This document shows, piece by piece, positions 22,972-35,192 of a stretch of 64,000 nt of DNA. The DNA is taken from assembly GCA_048128005.1 (NCBI GenBank), contig JBEUKZ010000115.1, positions 434,001-498,000 of the forward strand, in the 5' to 3' direction. Source of the stretch: Veleropilina oligotropha. Lineage: Eukaryota. The position numbers and the translations under genes are program-made. Under the pieces are notes generated by a model, which worked only from the letters and a program-made list of their open reading frames with translations, was not told the DNA's origin and ran no database searches. The stretch's first letter is position 1. Every line of letters begins with the position of its first letter.

Positions 22972-23320
22972 TTTTTGTCTCGCCCCGAAGGGAAAGCGAG
23001 ACTTAGGGATTACATTTTCCGGCGGCGTCGTCGTCGTCTGCATCGTGTCGTTTTGGGTTAAAGTTTTTCATTGCATGTGTATGGGTTGCTAAAGGCACTT
23101 TTATGCATACATATGCATTGGTACTGGTTATATGGACAACACCTGATACTCTGGAACTGTTATTGAATGGAATTTTATATAAATAATGCATGAAATTGGT
23201 GTTTTTGGACATATAAATTTTGGTTAAAGTTTTTTCGGTTAAAGTTTTTCATTGAATGGAATTTTCTGATACATTGATATATATATTTAAAGGGCGAGAC
23301 ATATCGGACCGTGGTTCTTG
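22972..23320 (+). mobile_element. Helentron-associated non-autonomous element (HINE/DINE-like)
   Basis: TTTTTGTCTCGCCCCGAAGGGAAAGCGAGAC 5' hairpin, (GTC)n tract, 3' GGGCGAGACA...TTCTTGT; shorter near-identical copy at 60303-60478. Confidence 0.7.
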
Positions 23321-23354
23321 TCTATTATATTGCATGGTTTATTATGTATTCTAG

Positions 23355-23431
23355 GTCATGTTTTGCTGAAACCGATAATTCAGGCTGCCGGTACTGACAT
23401 CTCTCATTGGTTTAATGAAAAAACAAAAGAT
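23355..23431 (+). CDS. CYB5D1: CYB5D1 exon 2
   Basis: TAG acceptor, [32 protein letters not shown] donor. Confidence 0.92.
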
Positions 23432-23888
23432 GTGAGTATAAAACAGTGTCTTCTAACATTATAGGATGTGAAGAAAGATCAATAGTTCTAATTCTGGTTT
23501 ACAAAATCGGAGAACATTTTGATTTATGTTATGCAATTTTATCTATTCAATGGTTCCACAAAATCATTTCACACATTGAGCAATAATTTCTCACTAGTTA
23601 GAGTAATAGCTAATAGATAAGATTCCCATATAGATGAATAAACTATAGTTAAAACTCTCGATCACAATAAAATAACATTGCATGTGACCTCAGCATCAAT
23701 ACCATTGAAAAAGACACCTCTAATGCTACATATAGAACAATCATACATATTTCAATGATCTTCTTTAACGGAAAGAGATAAGTCAATATATAAAGCCGTA
23801 TATGGATGCAAGTCCTAAAACTACAAAATATGACCCGATCATTATGAGTATCAAGTGATGACTTAATGCTTTCCTGTCTTCTTCCCAG

Positions 23889-24107
23889 ATCCGAACCTAC
23901 AATGATCCAGAGACCGGATGCGTTATTCCATATTGTCCGAACGGCCGGTTTGTTCATATTCCTCCACCATGCCCAGACTCTTCTTGGGCCAACGATTTTG
24001 GACGTCCATGGTGGAAAGACGACTCGTACCTAGAGGGAATTTTGTCGAAGAAAACGCGACACATCAAGATTATTAATACCCTGACGTCGCAGGAGCAGGT
24101 TATTGAG
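23889..24107 (+). CDS. CYB5D1: CYB5D1 exon 3
   Basis: CAG acceptor, [11 protein letters not shown]...[26 protein letters not shown]...[24 protein letters not shown] donor. Confidence 0.93.
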
Positions 24108-24599
24108 GTACAGATTGTCTATGTTGTGATAACTTAGAATGTAAACCAGGGCTAGAAAAATCTAACCGTAGTTATACTAGCCCTTGGATTTATTATTTTA
24201 TTACACGTTGCCTAGCCCTATGTGACACTAACCAGACTTTTACAACATTATAATGAACAAAATTCACTGGCGGAGGCATCGTGCCCGAGTGGTTATCATG
24301 CTGATTTTATTAAACTGGTAATCCCATGTGGTCTACTAACAATATGATTAGTTAAACCACGGGCCAAGCCAATAGAATGACGTCACAACAATGGTTTAAA
24401 TTAAATTATCTCTGTACATTAATTGCTCTGCTTCCATCCTGGCATTATCGCTGTAGTTATCTCGGAGTACGTTCACGCCACACAGGAACAAACGCAACTT
24501 GGGTATTCCATCCATTCAAGAATCGCACATACATACTAACGGTACCTTCTCTCTATCACTAAGTTCTCTCACATTCTGATTGACCTAATGTCAGAACAC

Positions 24600-24890
24600 C
24601 ATGCTTATCACAGAGTCTCGAGTTCGCCCCCAAGGCTCGACGATTTCACTTGGGCAAGGAAATAAGCATATATTTGCCTCGGTCCACCCAGCCGATATGA
24701 ATGGGTACCTGGTTGGCAGTTATGTAAGTCACGGCGCTACCCGCGTGTAAATGACTGTAATGCTCCCAGAGGGAGTTGAGATGGCATATCGAGTGGAAAA
24801 GGCCCATAACCAGGGGTAATAATGTTCAGCGCATTGAGACACTAGCGTAATAATGCGCTATATAAGACCGGAGTATTATTATTATTATTA
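24600..24890 (+). mobile_element. SINE with conserved core (Deu/Nin-like) and L2-type tail
   Basis: TCCACCCAGC...AATGGGTACC core, GCGCTATATAA and (ATT)n tail. Confidence 0.65.
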
Positions 24891-24970
24891 CTTGTACATG
24901 TGCTTTCATTACAAATTACCTGTACATTGTACCTGTTCTTTACAATAAACTGACAAATTGTACATTTTAG

Positions 24971-25201
24971 GTATGCTCCGAGGAGATTATGACAGAGATA
25001 TTGGACCGCTATTTGAAGTACAATGCCCATGCTGCGAGCTATACGTTTAAATACAACGGAACCAGCCTTGCTATGGAAAAGACCCTCGAAGCGAACCAGA
25101 TCGCGGATGAAGATGAGGAGTTCTATACACTGAGCATGAACGACGACACATTCCTGCAGTCCATACATCTGTATTTTAATGATGATCTAACGGATGCGTA
25201 A
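24971..25201 (+). CDS. CYB5D1: CYB5D1 exon 4 (last); spliced CDS 648 nt, 215 aa
   Basis: TAG acceptor, [28 protein letters not shown]...[12 protein letters not shown] stop. Confidence 0.93.
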   Translation, partial: VCSEEIMTEILDRYLKYNAHAASYTFKYNGTSLAMEKTLEANQIADEDEEFYTLSMNDDTFLQSIHLYFNDDLTDA

Positions 25202-25919
25202 TCTGGCGATCATTTTATTTCAAGGACATGCAAGAAGATGGATGAAATTACTATGTATTTGTGGAAAACATTCAGCTATTTGATGTTTTCGGTTGGAGAT
25301 TGTTCGCATTTTCGGCAGTGAAGATTCTACAAGGAACGCGTGCCTGGTCATCAGGATTCCTATCATTATATTACACATCCGATATCGTCATCGATTACTT
25401 GTATACAAAACAGTACTTGCTATCCAGATCAATTTATCTTTGAAGATTACATTTCATAACGCAAGGCAATTTTGTCGATTTTGAGTAAAAAGTTATATTT
25501 AACAGGTCAAGTAAAATGCATTCTTTTTATCGAAATAGAACGATTTCATTTTTCCTGGATCAATTGTTGTGGAAATTAATGCTGTTCAATTTGTATAATT
25601 CTGACATGTTTATTACCGGTATATGGGTTTATTTCAACGTCATAATTGTAATAATATTGTTGCATATTTTATTCCTGTGTGGTCGCCGATGTTGTGTTAT
25701 TATTTATGTTCTTTTATGTGTATTGGAGGTGTATTTTCTATTAATTAATGGGGAAAATATTGTACATATTTAAGATATTAAAATGAAGTTATGTCTCTCA
25801 ACTGGTTAGACTCGCGTATTAAAATGATTTTGAAGTATGACATTAAGTAATCTTCCACAATCCGATGATTGTTTTCATGATAATTAAGGTTAAGGTGATA
25901 ATTAATGTCCTGCTGTATT

Positions 25920-26375
25920 CAGATGCGGATCCAGGAATTTTGCTTAGGGGGGGGGGGGGCGCTGAAGTTACTATCAATTGGCCCCACGCGAAAGAAAATT
26001 TTGACAATCAACAGCCTGAAACCTCGTCTCCTGCACTCTGACAGGGCAAACGCGATATTACAATCTAACACATTTCTGCTTTCAAACGTGTGGTCCAGAC
26101 CGACTGTATCCCCAGAAAAGTCGGGGCTCCACGCGCAAGAAAATTTTGACAATTAACGGTGTGAAATCCCCCCCCCCCCTCTCCTGCATTATTACAATGC
26201 AAAAGCTAATAGTAATACAATTCAACTTTAGTATTTCATGGTAGGCCTATTTATAATGTTCTGAAAGTCATTTGTATCAGATTATACATATTATTTTAGT
26301 ATGCTTGACCAGCTTTAGGGGGGGCGCATGCCGGGTGCCCCCCCCCCCCCCCCCCCCCCCCTGGATCCGTACCTG
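25920..26375. mobile_element. hAT-like MITE with 5-bp TSD
   Basis: TIR CAGATGCGGATCCAGG / CCTGGATCCGTACCTG, TSD GTATT; same family as 57431-57938; internal fragments near 41285-41340 and 42308-42358. Confidence 0.8.
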
Positions 26376-26861
26376 GTATTAATAGTGACTATAATGTCGT
26401 GCTGGTCGAGACGATTCAATGATAGAGAAATAGATATTTTCCAGCACTAAATTCACATAAAATCGACATCCATTGTTGTTATTGTACGTATATAATTTAC
26501 TTGAAATCGTCCTCAGCCACATCATCCACGTCTGTCAAAACGCTCCTTGCAGATCTTTACGATTTTCATTTACGATAAATAAGCGGTCATACTCGTTACA
26601 CTAGCGAAGGCCAGGCGTCAACAGGCCTTAGTAGTTATGGTTCTGGATGTAGAGTAGCGATAGCAAGATGGCTGCCATAATGGCCATGCCGAATATCAAT
26701 TGATCACGATTTCATTTACAGCCATTCTTTGATCTAGTGTCATAGGTCTATAGGGATTATCATTGTGAAGAAGGGAGAGCCACATCAAAAGGCAGAATTG
26801 CATGATGACCCAACAGCTTGTGTTCAACCAGGATATGAAGGTCGATGTCCCCTTCCTCTTT

Positions 26862-27050
26862 GGAGGGAGGGAGGAATGATGCTTAATGTCCTGTATATTT
26901 ACAACATCGAGGTTCAAGGCAGGACATGTCCGTGTTATCGTGGGAGGAAACCCCGGTCGCCCGGGTAAACCCGCCCTCTTCGGCCAGTCGCGGACAACTG
27001 TGATTCATAACTTGAACAAATGTCAATGCCTCAGCCAGGTATCAAGCCAG
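26862..27050 (-). mobile_element. Partial SINE copy (family of 21349-21612)
   Basis: Near-identical to 21347-21530. Confidence 0.8.
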
Positions 27051-27740
27051 GATTATTGATAAGAAACAGTTCAACAGCAAGAGCTAGCACTTTGGATATG
27101 GGATGATCACAATTTTCACTTACGATCAGTTATAGGAAATGCAGATTGAAGCTTACAATGCTGAATGGGCACCTATTACATTATTTACAAAATGACTGCC
27201 ACCTGTAATATTTGGCGGAAACAAAATTCAGTTAGCAGGGGTGGATCCACGGTACCGGCCACTTACACTCGGGCGGTTGTCAGATTTGGAGGTTTTACAG
27301 TAGTAAATGTGTGAAAAAATACAAAATTAAAATTTGTATAAAAATGGAATCCAGTGGTGGATATTGGACACGATGTTTTGTAAACAGTTTCTGTAAGGGA
27401 TAAAGCATGCTATGCCGTTGAATAGTTCAGATAATAAACTCCTGTCGAGGGCCGGAGGCCCGAGACAGGAGTTTATTATCTGAACTATTCAACGGCATAG
27501 CATGCTTTATCTTGCTTAAAACATTTCCCTAGTGTGAAAACCTTATGGGACCCCAAACGAGACATGTTCCATTCATCTAAACAACAGTTGATTAGATGAA
27601 TGGAAGACAATAGCACGGGATTTTCAATGTCCATGAATAAAGTCGAATAAAGACAATGAAATCTTCCAAATCACATGGTCACAAGAGTGAGCTCAATATT
27701 ATTGTCACTATTGCATACCTCTCAATACAAAGCAGTCATC

Positions 27741-28738
27741 ATGGACAGTGACAACGATATTTTTTTAACGCAAAGCAAATTTAGTTTAGTAGGCCTACCT
27801 GATCCCAATACGGATGATATCTTTTCGGATGTTTTAAATATGGAACATGAAAACGCGGCAAGTATGCCCAATTTTAATATTCGAAGTTCTTGATTCAGCG
27901 ATATTTCGGACGACGAGTTATTGACTTCCACAAATAAAATACTGGAAAACACTGAATCAAAGCATTTCGAAACTCCCATATCGGACATCGAAAGGGATAG
28001 CATTACAAAATCTCGATTTGCTGTTAGCACTGATAACAAATCAAAATGGGCTGTTAACTTGTTTAACCAATGGCTTAACGAGAGAAAGTTAACACAAAGC
28101 AATAGACCGGATATAAAGATCGTCTCCGGGGACTTAACATCAATGGAATATGAAATGCTGGATTATTGCCTTGGTGCTTTCATTTTTGAACTTGTGAAAA
28201 GCAATGGTGAGAATTATAGAGGAAACACGTTATATGAAATAATAACCTCTATTCAACATTATCTTCGGGAAAATGGCCGTTTCGTGTCCTTATTTGACGA
28301 CGCGATATTTAAAAGTATGAGAAATAACCTCGACTATAAGATGAAGAATCTTGCCAAGGAGGGGATCGGTATTAACAAAAAACAAGCGTGCATTATATCT
28401 GTTGAAGATGAAAATACAATGTGGAAAGACGGAATATTAGGATCCGACACGCCGCAAAAACTGGTGGATACCGTTTTATATCTGATTGGGTTGAATTTTG
28501 CTCTCAGAGGTGGCAAAGAACATTACAATTTAAGAGTTGGTGCGAACTCACAGTTTCAAACAGGTATTGAAAAGGAAACAGGAAAAACATATTTACAGTA
28601 TACGGAAGATGTTTCCAAAAGCTGTCAGGGTGGTATTGACCATCGAAAAATTAAGAGAAAACAAACGAAAGCTTACGAAAACCTAGCAGAACCAACGAGA
28701 TGCCTGGTGACACTATATCAAAGATATCTTTCTTTAAG
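27741..28738 (+). pseudogene. Crypton tyrosine recombinase exon 1 (one in-frame TGA at 27891-27893)
   Basis: MDSDNDIFLTQ... is in frame with ORF 27921; LNFALRGGKEH (catalytic R), YTEDVSKSCQGG, RCLV..Y..YLSL; AG|GTACGT donor. Confidence 0.8.
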
Positions 28739-28920
28739 GTACGTTCAAATGACAGTTTTATTAAAATGTAAACTGTTTAAATTAAGCCATTGCATAATGT
28801 GTGGACACTTACGCACATACATATGCACGCAAATACATAAATGAAAATGGGCACACCACACACACATTACAACACTTACCTGGCTCAAGTCATTAATCCG
28901 AAATCATTTAAACGGATATA

Positions 28921-29326
28921 TATATATATATCTTACCTCAAACAAGTTTCCACGATAGCGATTGGGTTAGACCCATCACGTGTCGACGGTGTATAATCCA
29001 TATGAGGTTACTTCACCTCCATATGGGGTCGGTATAGAGTTATCGCCCCTGTCAGTGCCTGTGGCTTACAAATCGATAAACAATATGGCGGCCAAAAAAC
29101 GTTCGCGCAGACGACACCACAGGAATGTTACCGGGTTAGACAGGTTAAAGTGTAAAAAAAGGTTGTCGGTAAGATATATTCGTTACATGGTGCTTTAGTG
29201 ACGTAATATGGTATATACAGGGTGAGTAGAATTCATATCAGGCTCGAGCTTCGCTCTCGCCTGATATGAATTCTACTCACCCTGTATATACCATATTACG
29301 TCACTAAAGCACCACGTAACTAATAA
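28921..29326 (-). mobile_element. Non-autonomous hairpin-ended Crypton-type element nested in the recombinase intron
   Basis: Hairpin 29182-29320; 12-bp inverted repeat ATATATCTTACC (28926-28937) / GGTAAGATATAT (29168-29179); sits in a TA-rich tract. Confidence 0.7.
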
Positions 29327-29384
29327 TATATACTGTATATGTGTGTAATATAAGCATTATATTGCGTCTTAATTTTCCTTTCAG

Positions 29385-29808
29385 ACCTAAAGCATGTAAG
29401 TGTAATGCGTTATATCTTCGTGCGCTTGGGAAGCCCAAAAATGATGTGTGGTATGCGGACGCCAGAGTAGGCATCAACTCGCTGGCTAAAATTGTGAAAA
29501 CGTTGTGTACCAAAGCAGGGATGGATGGCTTCTTTACTAACCATTCTCTTCGTGCAACGGCAGCAACTCGGATGTATGAAGCAAATTTGCCTGAGCAGAT
29601 TATATGCGAAAAAACGGGCCATCGCTCGGAAGCTGTTCGAGAGTACAAGCGCACCAGTACCGCGCAGGAGATAAATGCGTGCGAGGTTATTCAAGGTGTT
29701 AAAAGGAAAACGTCTGCTACATGTAACACCGACACAAATAAATCAGAATCAGAAAAAAGTTTTATAAAAATTTCAAAGGGCGATGTCACAGTTGAAATTT
29801 CATTGTAA
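29385..29808 (+). CDS. Crypton tyrosine recombinase exon 2
   Basis: TTTCAG acceptor restores YLSLR-PKACK in frame; FTNHSLRATAATRMY (HxxR), TGHRS (H), VREYKR (Y). Confidence 0.85.
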
Positions 29809-31067
29809 AACATTGATAAATTGCTGTAGATTATTATACTGTATCTTTGTTTCACATTAATTATAAATATTTCGTTTCGTTGTGTTGGGCATGGTTTTCT
29901 ATTAAGCAGGGGGTGATATCACTTTTGGTGCGGATTCTGCTTAAGATAAATATTTCATTTCGTGTTATTGTGTTTTCCGTGATTTGTGTTTAAAGCAGAT
30001 GATTAATATTTTGTTGCAGAACCGTTGACGCATGCGCTCTGACGAGACCATTTCAGCCGTGTAGCGACTACCCATTGAATAGTTGAATGGTTTTGTCTAT
30101 TCAACTATTCAACGGCTGCCTCGGCTTCCCATTGTTTCCAAATTGAATAGCAGAAATAAGCCACTGCGGACAACAAAGGATGACGTCACAGAAATGTTTT
30201 AATTACTTAGAATAGCTTTATTATGGGGGCATGTTGCCTTTCAGGAAGCTTCAATTTGCTTAAAAGGCATCCAAAAATACTAAAATTTTCTGCTTTGGGC
30301 CCCAACCCCCGGCCGATTTTGAGTATGTACATGTATTCATTGGATAGGGCAGTAGTCACATATATTGTCTGGATCCGCCCCTGGTTAGGACCAACTACAA
30401 CTAAGTTGAAGCCATGTGCCTTTCCAGCGAATTTCCTTTGACTAAGATCTATGTCTTGAAATAGAAGAGCTAACAATAAAATAGTTACAAGTTTGGTTTA
30501 CTAAAAGTCCCCTTTTAACACATTTCAGGGTAATACATAGTGTATTATTACCTAATGCTCTATATACCAAGTTATTCGTTATTTCTGTTTCCCTATTCGT
30601 AGCTTAGGGGAGTAATAGTTTTAACTGTTACACGGTCCATGAACTGTTATTTGCGAGATGGTAATGTGCAGAGAATTAGCCATGCCTTTATGGGCGTGGT
30701 TTAGGCAGTGACGTAGTTAAGATTGTGACGTAATCTGATGTTCCCAAGACAACGTCGTAATATTTCATGCTTATAACAAAATGGAGGGCACTCTGCAACT
30801 TCTATATGCAATGTACGCAGTACAGCTCGTAGTCCAATGCAGTTGAAACGTACTAAACAACAAGCAGGCCTAACATTACACCACCGTACTGTCGAAGTGG
30901 CCTTTAAAATATGAAGATGATTTACATTATAATGTTTATGATGGCGAATATGAACGACAGAATTATTGAATTTGTAAATGAATGTGCTGTAATGTTAGGC
31001 CTGCTTGTTGTTAACTATGCAAAGTGTTGAGATGAAGCCCACCCCTGTGAATCTACTATTATTACTA

Positions 31068-31344
31068 CAGGGTTCGTACGGGTCATGGAAACCTGGAAAA
31101 GTCATGGAATTTGATATTAACAAATCCAGGCCTGGAAACCTGGAAAATGCCTACTTATTTTACTTGGTCATGGAAATTAGAAGCTTGGTAATCAAGATAG
31201 TAAATAACTTATATTGCTGTTTTTTTGTAACCTTGAGAAAGAAATTGTAATTACATCTTAACGAAATCTCAAAAGCCATGGAAACTTTGAATTAGTCAAG
31301 ACTCATGGAATTTTGCAAGAGAACAATCATGTGTACGAACCCTG
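31068..31344. mobile_element. Small MITE
   Basis: TIR CAGGGTTCGTAC / GTACGAACCCTG with internal CATGGAA repeats; TSD unclear. Confidence 0.65.
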
Positions 31345-31474
31345 ATTATAATGTACGATAGCCTCGATATAATGCAGTAGGTGGGTTTCAACGTTTTTGT
31401 GCACACATTGTATCCATGGTTTAGGAAAGTTGTATATTTAAATACATGACCGCTGTATTAATATAGTTGGATAG

Positions 31475-34140
31475 ATTTGGTTTGGTTGACTTCAATGCTT
31501 AATATCCCATTTTAATACTCCAACGGAGGAAACCTGATCGCCCGGGAAACCTGCCCACACCCACCACCAACAGGGAGGAAACCTGATCGCCCGGGACACC
31601 TGCCCACGCCCACCACCAACAGGGAGGAAACCTGATCGCCCGGGAAACCTGCCCACACCCACCACCAACAGGGAGGAAACCTGATCGCCCGGGAAACCTG
31701 CCCACACCCACCACCAACAGGGAGGAAACCTGATCGCCCGGGAAACCTGCCCACACCCACCACCAACAGGGAGGAAACCTGATCGCCCGGGACACCTGCC
31801 CACACCCACCACCAACAGGGAGGAAACCTGATCGCCCGGGACACCTGCCCACACCCACCACCAACAGGGAGGAAACCTGATCGCCCGGGAAACCTGCCCA
31901 CACCCACCACCAACAGGGAGGAAACCTGATCGCCCGGGACACCTGCCCACACCCACCACCAACAGGGAGGAAACCTGATCGCCCGGGAAACCTGCCCACA
32001 CCCACCACCAACAGGGAGGAAACCTGATCGCCCGGGAAACCTGCCCACACCCACCACCAACAGGGAGGAAACCTGATCGCCCGGGACACCTGCCCACACC
32101 CACCACCAACAGGGAGGAAACCTGATCGCCCGGGACACCTGCCCACACCCACCACCAACAGGGAGGAAACCTGATCGCCCGGGAAACCTGCCCACACCCA
32201 CCACCAACAGGGAGGAAACCTGATCGCCCGGGACACCTGCCCACACCCACCACCAACAGGGAGGAAACCTGATCGCCCGGGACACCTGCCCACACCCACC
32301 ACCAACAGGGAGGAAACCTGATCGCCCGGGACACCTGCCCACACCCACCACCAACAGGGAGGAAACCTGATCGCCCGGGAAACCTGCCCACACCCACCAC
32401 CAACAGGGAGGAAACCTGATCGCACGGGAAACCTGCCCACACCCACCACCAACAGGGAGGAAACCTGATCGCCCGGGACACCTGCCCACACCCACCACCA
32501 ACAGGGAGGAAACCTGATCGCCCGGGACACCTGCCCACACGGGACACCTGCCCACACCCACCACCAACAGGGAGGAAACCTGATCGCCCGGGAAACCTGC
32601 CCACACGGGACACCTGCCCACACCCACCACCAACAGGGAGGAAACCTGATCGCCCGGGAAACCTGCCCACACCCACCACCAACAGGGAGGAAACCTGATC
32701 GCCCGGGACACCTGCCCACACCCACCACCAACAGGGAGGAAACCTGATCGCCCGGGAAACCTGCCCACACCCACCACCAACAGGGAGGAAACCTGATCGC
32801 CCGGGAAACCTGCCCACACCCACCACCAACAGGGAGGAAACCTGATCGCCCGGGACACCTGCCCACACCCACCACCAACAGGGAGGAAACCTGATCGCCC
32901 GGGACACCTGCCCACACCCACCACCAACAGGGAGGAAACCTGATCGCCCGGGAAACCTGCCCACACCCACCACCAACAGGGAGGAAACCTGATCGCCCGG
33001 GACACCCACCACCAACAGGGAGGAAACCTGATCGCCCGGGACACCTGCCCACACCCACCACCAACAGGGAGGAAACCTGATCGCCCGGGACACCTGCCCA
33101 CACCCACCACCAACAGGGAGGAAACCTGATCGCCCGGGAAACCTGCCCACACCCACCACCAACAGGGAGGAAACCTGATCGCCCGGGAAACCTGCCCACA
33201 CCCACCACCAACAGGGAGGAAACCTGATCGCCCGGGACACCTGCCCACACCCACCACCAACAGGGAGGAAACCTGATCGCCCGGGACACCTGCCCACACG
33301 GGACACCTGCCCACACCCACCACCAACAGGGAGGAAACCTGATCGCCCGGGAAACCTGCCCACACGGGACACCTGCCCACACCCACCACCAACAGGGAGG
33401 AAACCTGATCGCCCGGGAAACCTGCCCACACCCACCACCAACAGGGAGGAAACCTGATCGCCCGGGACACCTGCCCACACCCACCACCAACAGGGAGGAA
33501 ACCTGATCGCCCGGGAAACCTGCCCACACCCACCACCAACAGGGAGGAAACCTGATCGCCCGGGAAACCTGCCCACACCCACCACCAACAGGGAGGAAAC
33601 CTGATCGCCCGGGACACCTGCCCACACCCACCACCAACAGGGAGGAAACCTGATCGCCCGGGACACCTGCCCACACCCACCACCAACAGGGAGGAAACCT
33701 GATCGCCCGGGAAACCTGCCCACACCCACCACCAACAGGGAGGAAACCTGATCGCCCGGGAAACCTGCCCACACCCACCACCAACAGGGAGGAAACCTGA
33801 TCGCCCGGGACACCTGCCCACACCCACCACCAACAGGGAGGAAACCTGATCGCCCGGGAAACCTGCCCACACCCACCACCAACAGGGAGGAAACCTGATC
33901 GCCCGGGACACCTGCCCACACCCACCACCAACAGGGAGGAAACCTGATCGCCCGGGACACCTGCCCACACCCACCACCAACAGGGAGGAAACCTGATCGC
34001 CCGGGAAACCTGCCCACACCCACCAGTTATGGACAACCGAGACTGGGAACTGCCCATAGTGCTCAGTCAAGGATTCCGAGGCCTGTGAATCGGACGATTG
34101 AATTAGGAGCCACACCCTTGATCCATTACACCACCTCCCT
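31475..34140 (-). mobile_element. tRNA-derived SINE whose core is expanded into a minisatellite
   Basis: Head (GGTGGTGTAATGG A-box-like) near 34135-34030 and tail (ggatattaagcatt...accaaaccaaatc) near 31510-31475 flank the array. Confidence 0.65.
31525..34025. repeat. 49-bp minisatellite, about 50 units
   Basis: Unit CAGGGAGGAAACCTGATCGCCCGGGA[A/C]ACCTGCCCACACCCACCACCAA; no unique spacers. Confidence 0.97.
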
Positions 34141-34639
34141 GCAAGTAATATCTACGTTTCATTGAAGTTGATCTGTTACAGAATTAAATATGCACGTGCA
34201 AGGGATAAAATAAAGAATCGAAGCAAATAGATAAAATTTTAATATATATATGTAAAAGTTTACCACAAATAAAATAAGAATTTTAATAAAATTATGTAAA
34301 GTAAATCACAAAAATCATATATAAAAAATAAAGACTGTTGAGACAACATTTTGTAATTGTAATGTTAATTCATATTTATACATACCAGACAGTAGTACTG
34401 AAAATTCAGACATAGAAACCATAACAAACAGCTGTACTTTCTCTCTTGATCTCAGAACTTCGTAATAAATTTGACCGAATTATATTTGAAATTCGTTTTC
34501 TGATGATGAATTGACGTCTTATTCTCACGTTAACAATTTTTTAGTCATACATCACAGTACCATCAACTTAAATAGACTTAAATAGAATTTGTTTGGGTTT
34601 AGAAAGTGCATTTCTGCAACTCATATAAAAACCCATTTT

Positions 34640-34925
34640 GGTAGCTCGGTCATCTATAGCCTTCCCTGTCTCTTAAAGTGCTCATCCAAACGATTTTTAA
34701 ATTGATTTACTGATGTGGACTCCACCACCTTGACAGGAAGGGCATTCCACTCATCTACAACTCGGTTTGAGAAAAAGTATTTTCTAACATCTAGCCTGAC
34801 CCTCTTTTTGTAAATCTTGAACTTATTCCCCCTTGTTTTATTATGGTTCAACTGGAAAAAATAACTAATATCAAGATTGTCTTTTCCTGTAAACATTTTA
34901 AATACTTGAATCATGTCACCTCTTC
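34640..34925 (-). mobile_element. CR1-type LINE 3' fragment
   Basis: MIQVFK...TRGNKFK...RKYFFSNRVVDEWNALP...SVNQFKNRLD. Confidence 0.85.
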
Positions 34926-35192
34926 AGTTGTTTTCTTCTTAATATAACCGACCCGATTATGACCAAATAGTGTTGGCGTGGTCGTTAAACATCAAATCAA
35001 ATCAAATCTTCTTAATATTTCTATTACATGAAATGTAAAATGCCTTAGTTCAGATAGCAAAATTTTCACCGAAAATACAGAATTAATCAGTGACACCATG
35101 ATAAAATTCATGCAGCAAGATTTTAAATTTATAGCAAAACAGTTAATCACACTAATAAATACATGTAAAGAACAGTTATATTACATATTAAA

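Larger units (their letters stand above)
27394..30202 (+). mobile_element. Crypton-type (DUF3504/ZMYM-KCTD1-like tyrosine recombinase) DNA transposon
   Basis: YR gene inside; left hairpin with 48-bp perfect arms 27399-27511; 12-bp inverted repeat TTAAAACATTTC (27516-27527) / GAAATGTTTTAA (30191-30202). Exact ends approximate. Confidence 0.8.
27236..30383. mobile_element. hAT-like MITE with 5-bp TSD, split by the Crypton insertion
   Basis: Ends CAGGGGTGGATCCA / TGGATCCGCCCCTG, TSD GTTAG at 27231-27235 and 30384-30388. Confidence 0.75.

Noticed and set aside
28739..28844. C-terminus of ORF 27921-28844
   Set aside because: Read-through into the intron; homology resumes at 29385.
31525..34025. 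CRISPR-like array
   Set aside because: No unique spacers, no cas genes, animal context; a plain tandem repeat.
31492..34115. Three overlapping ~850-aa ORFs
   Set aside because: Artefact of a stop-free 49-bp repeat cycling through all three frames; no gene signals.
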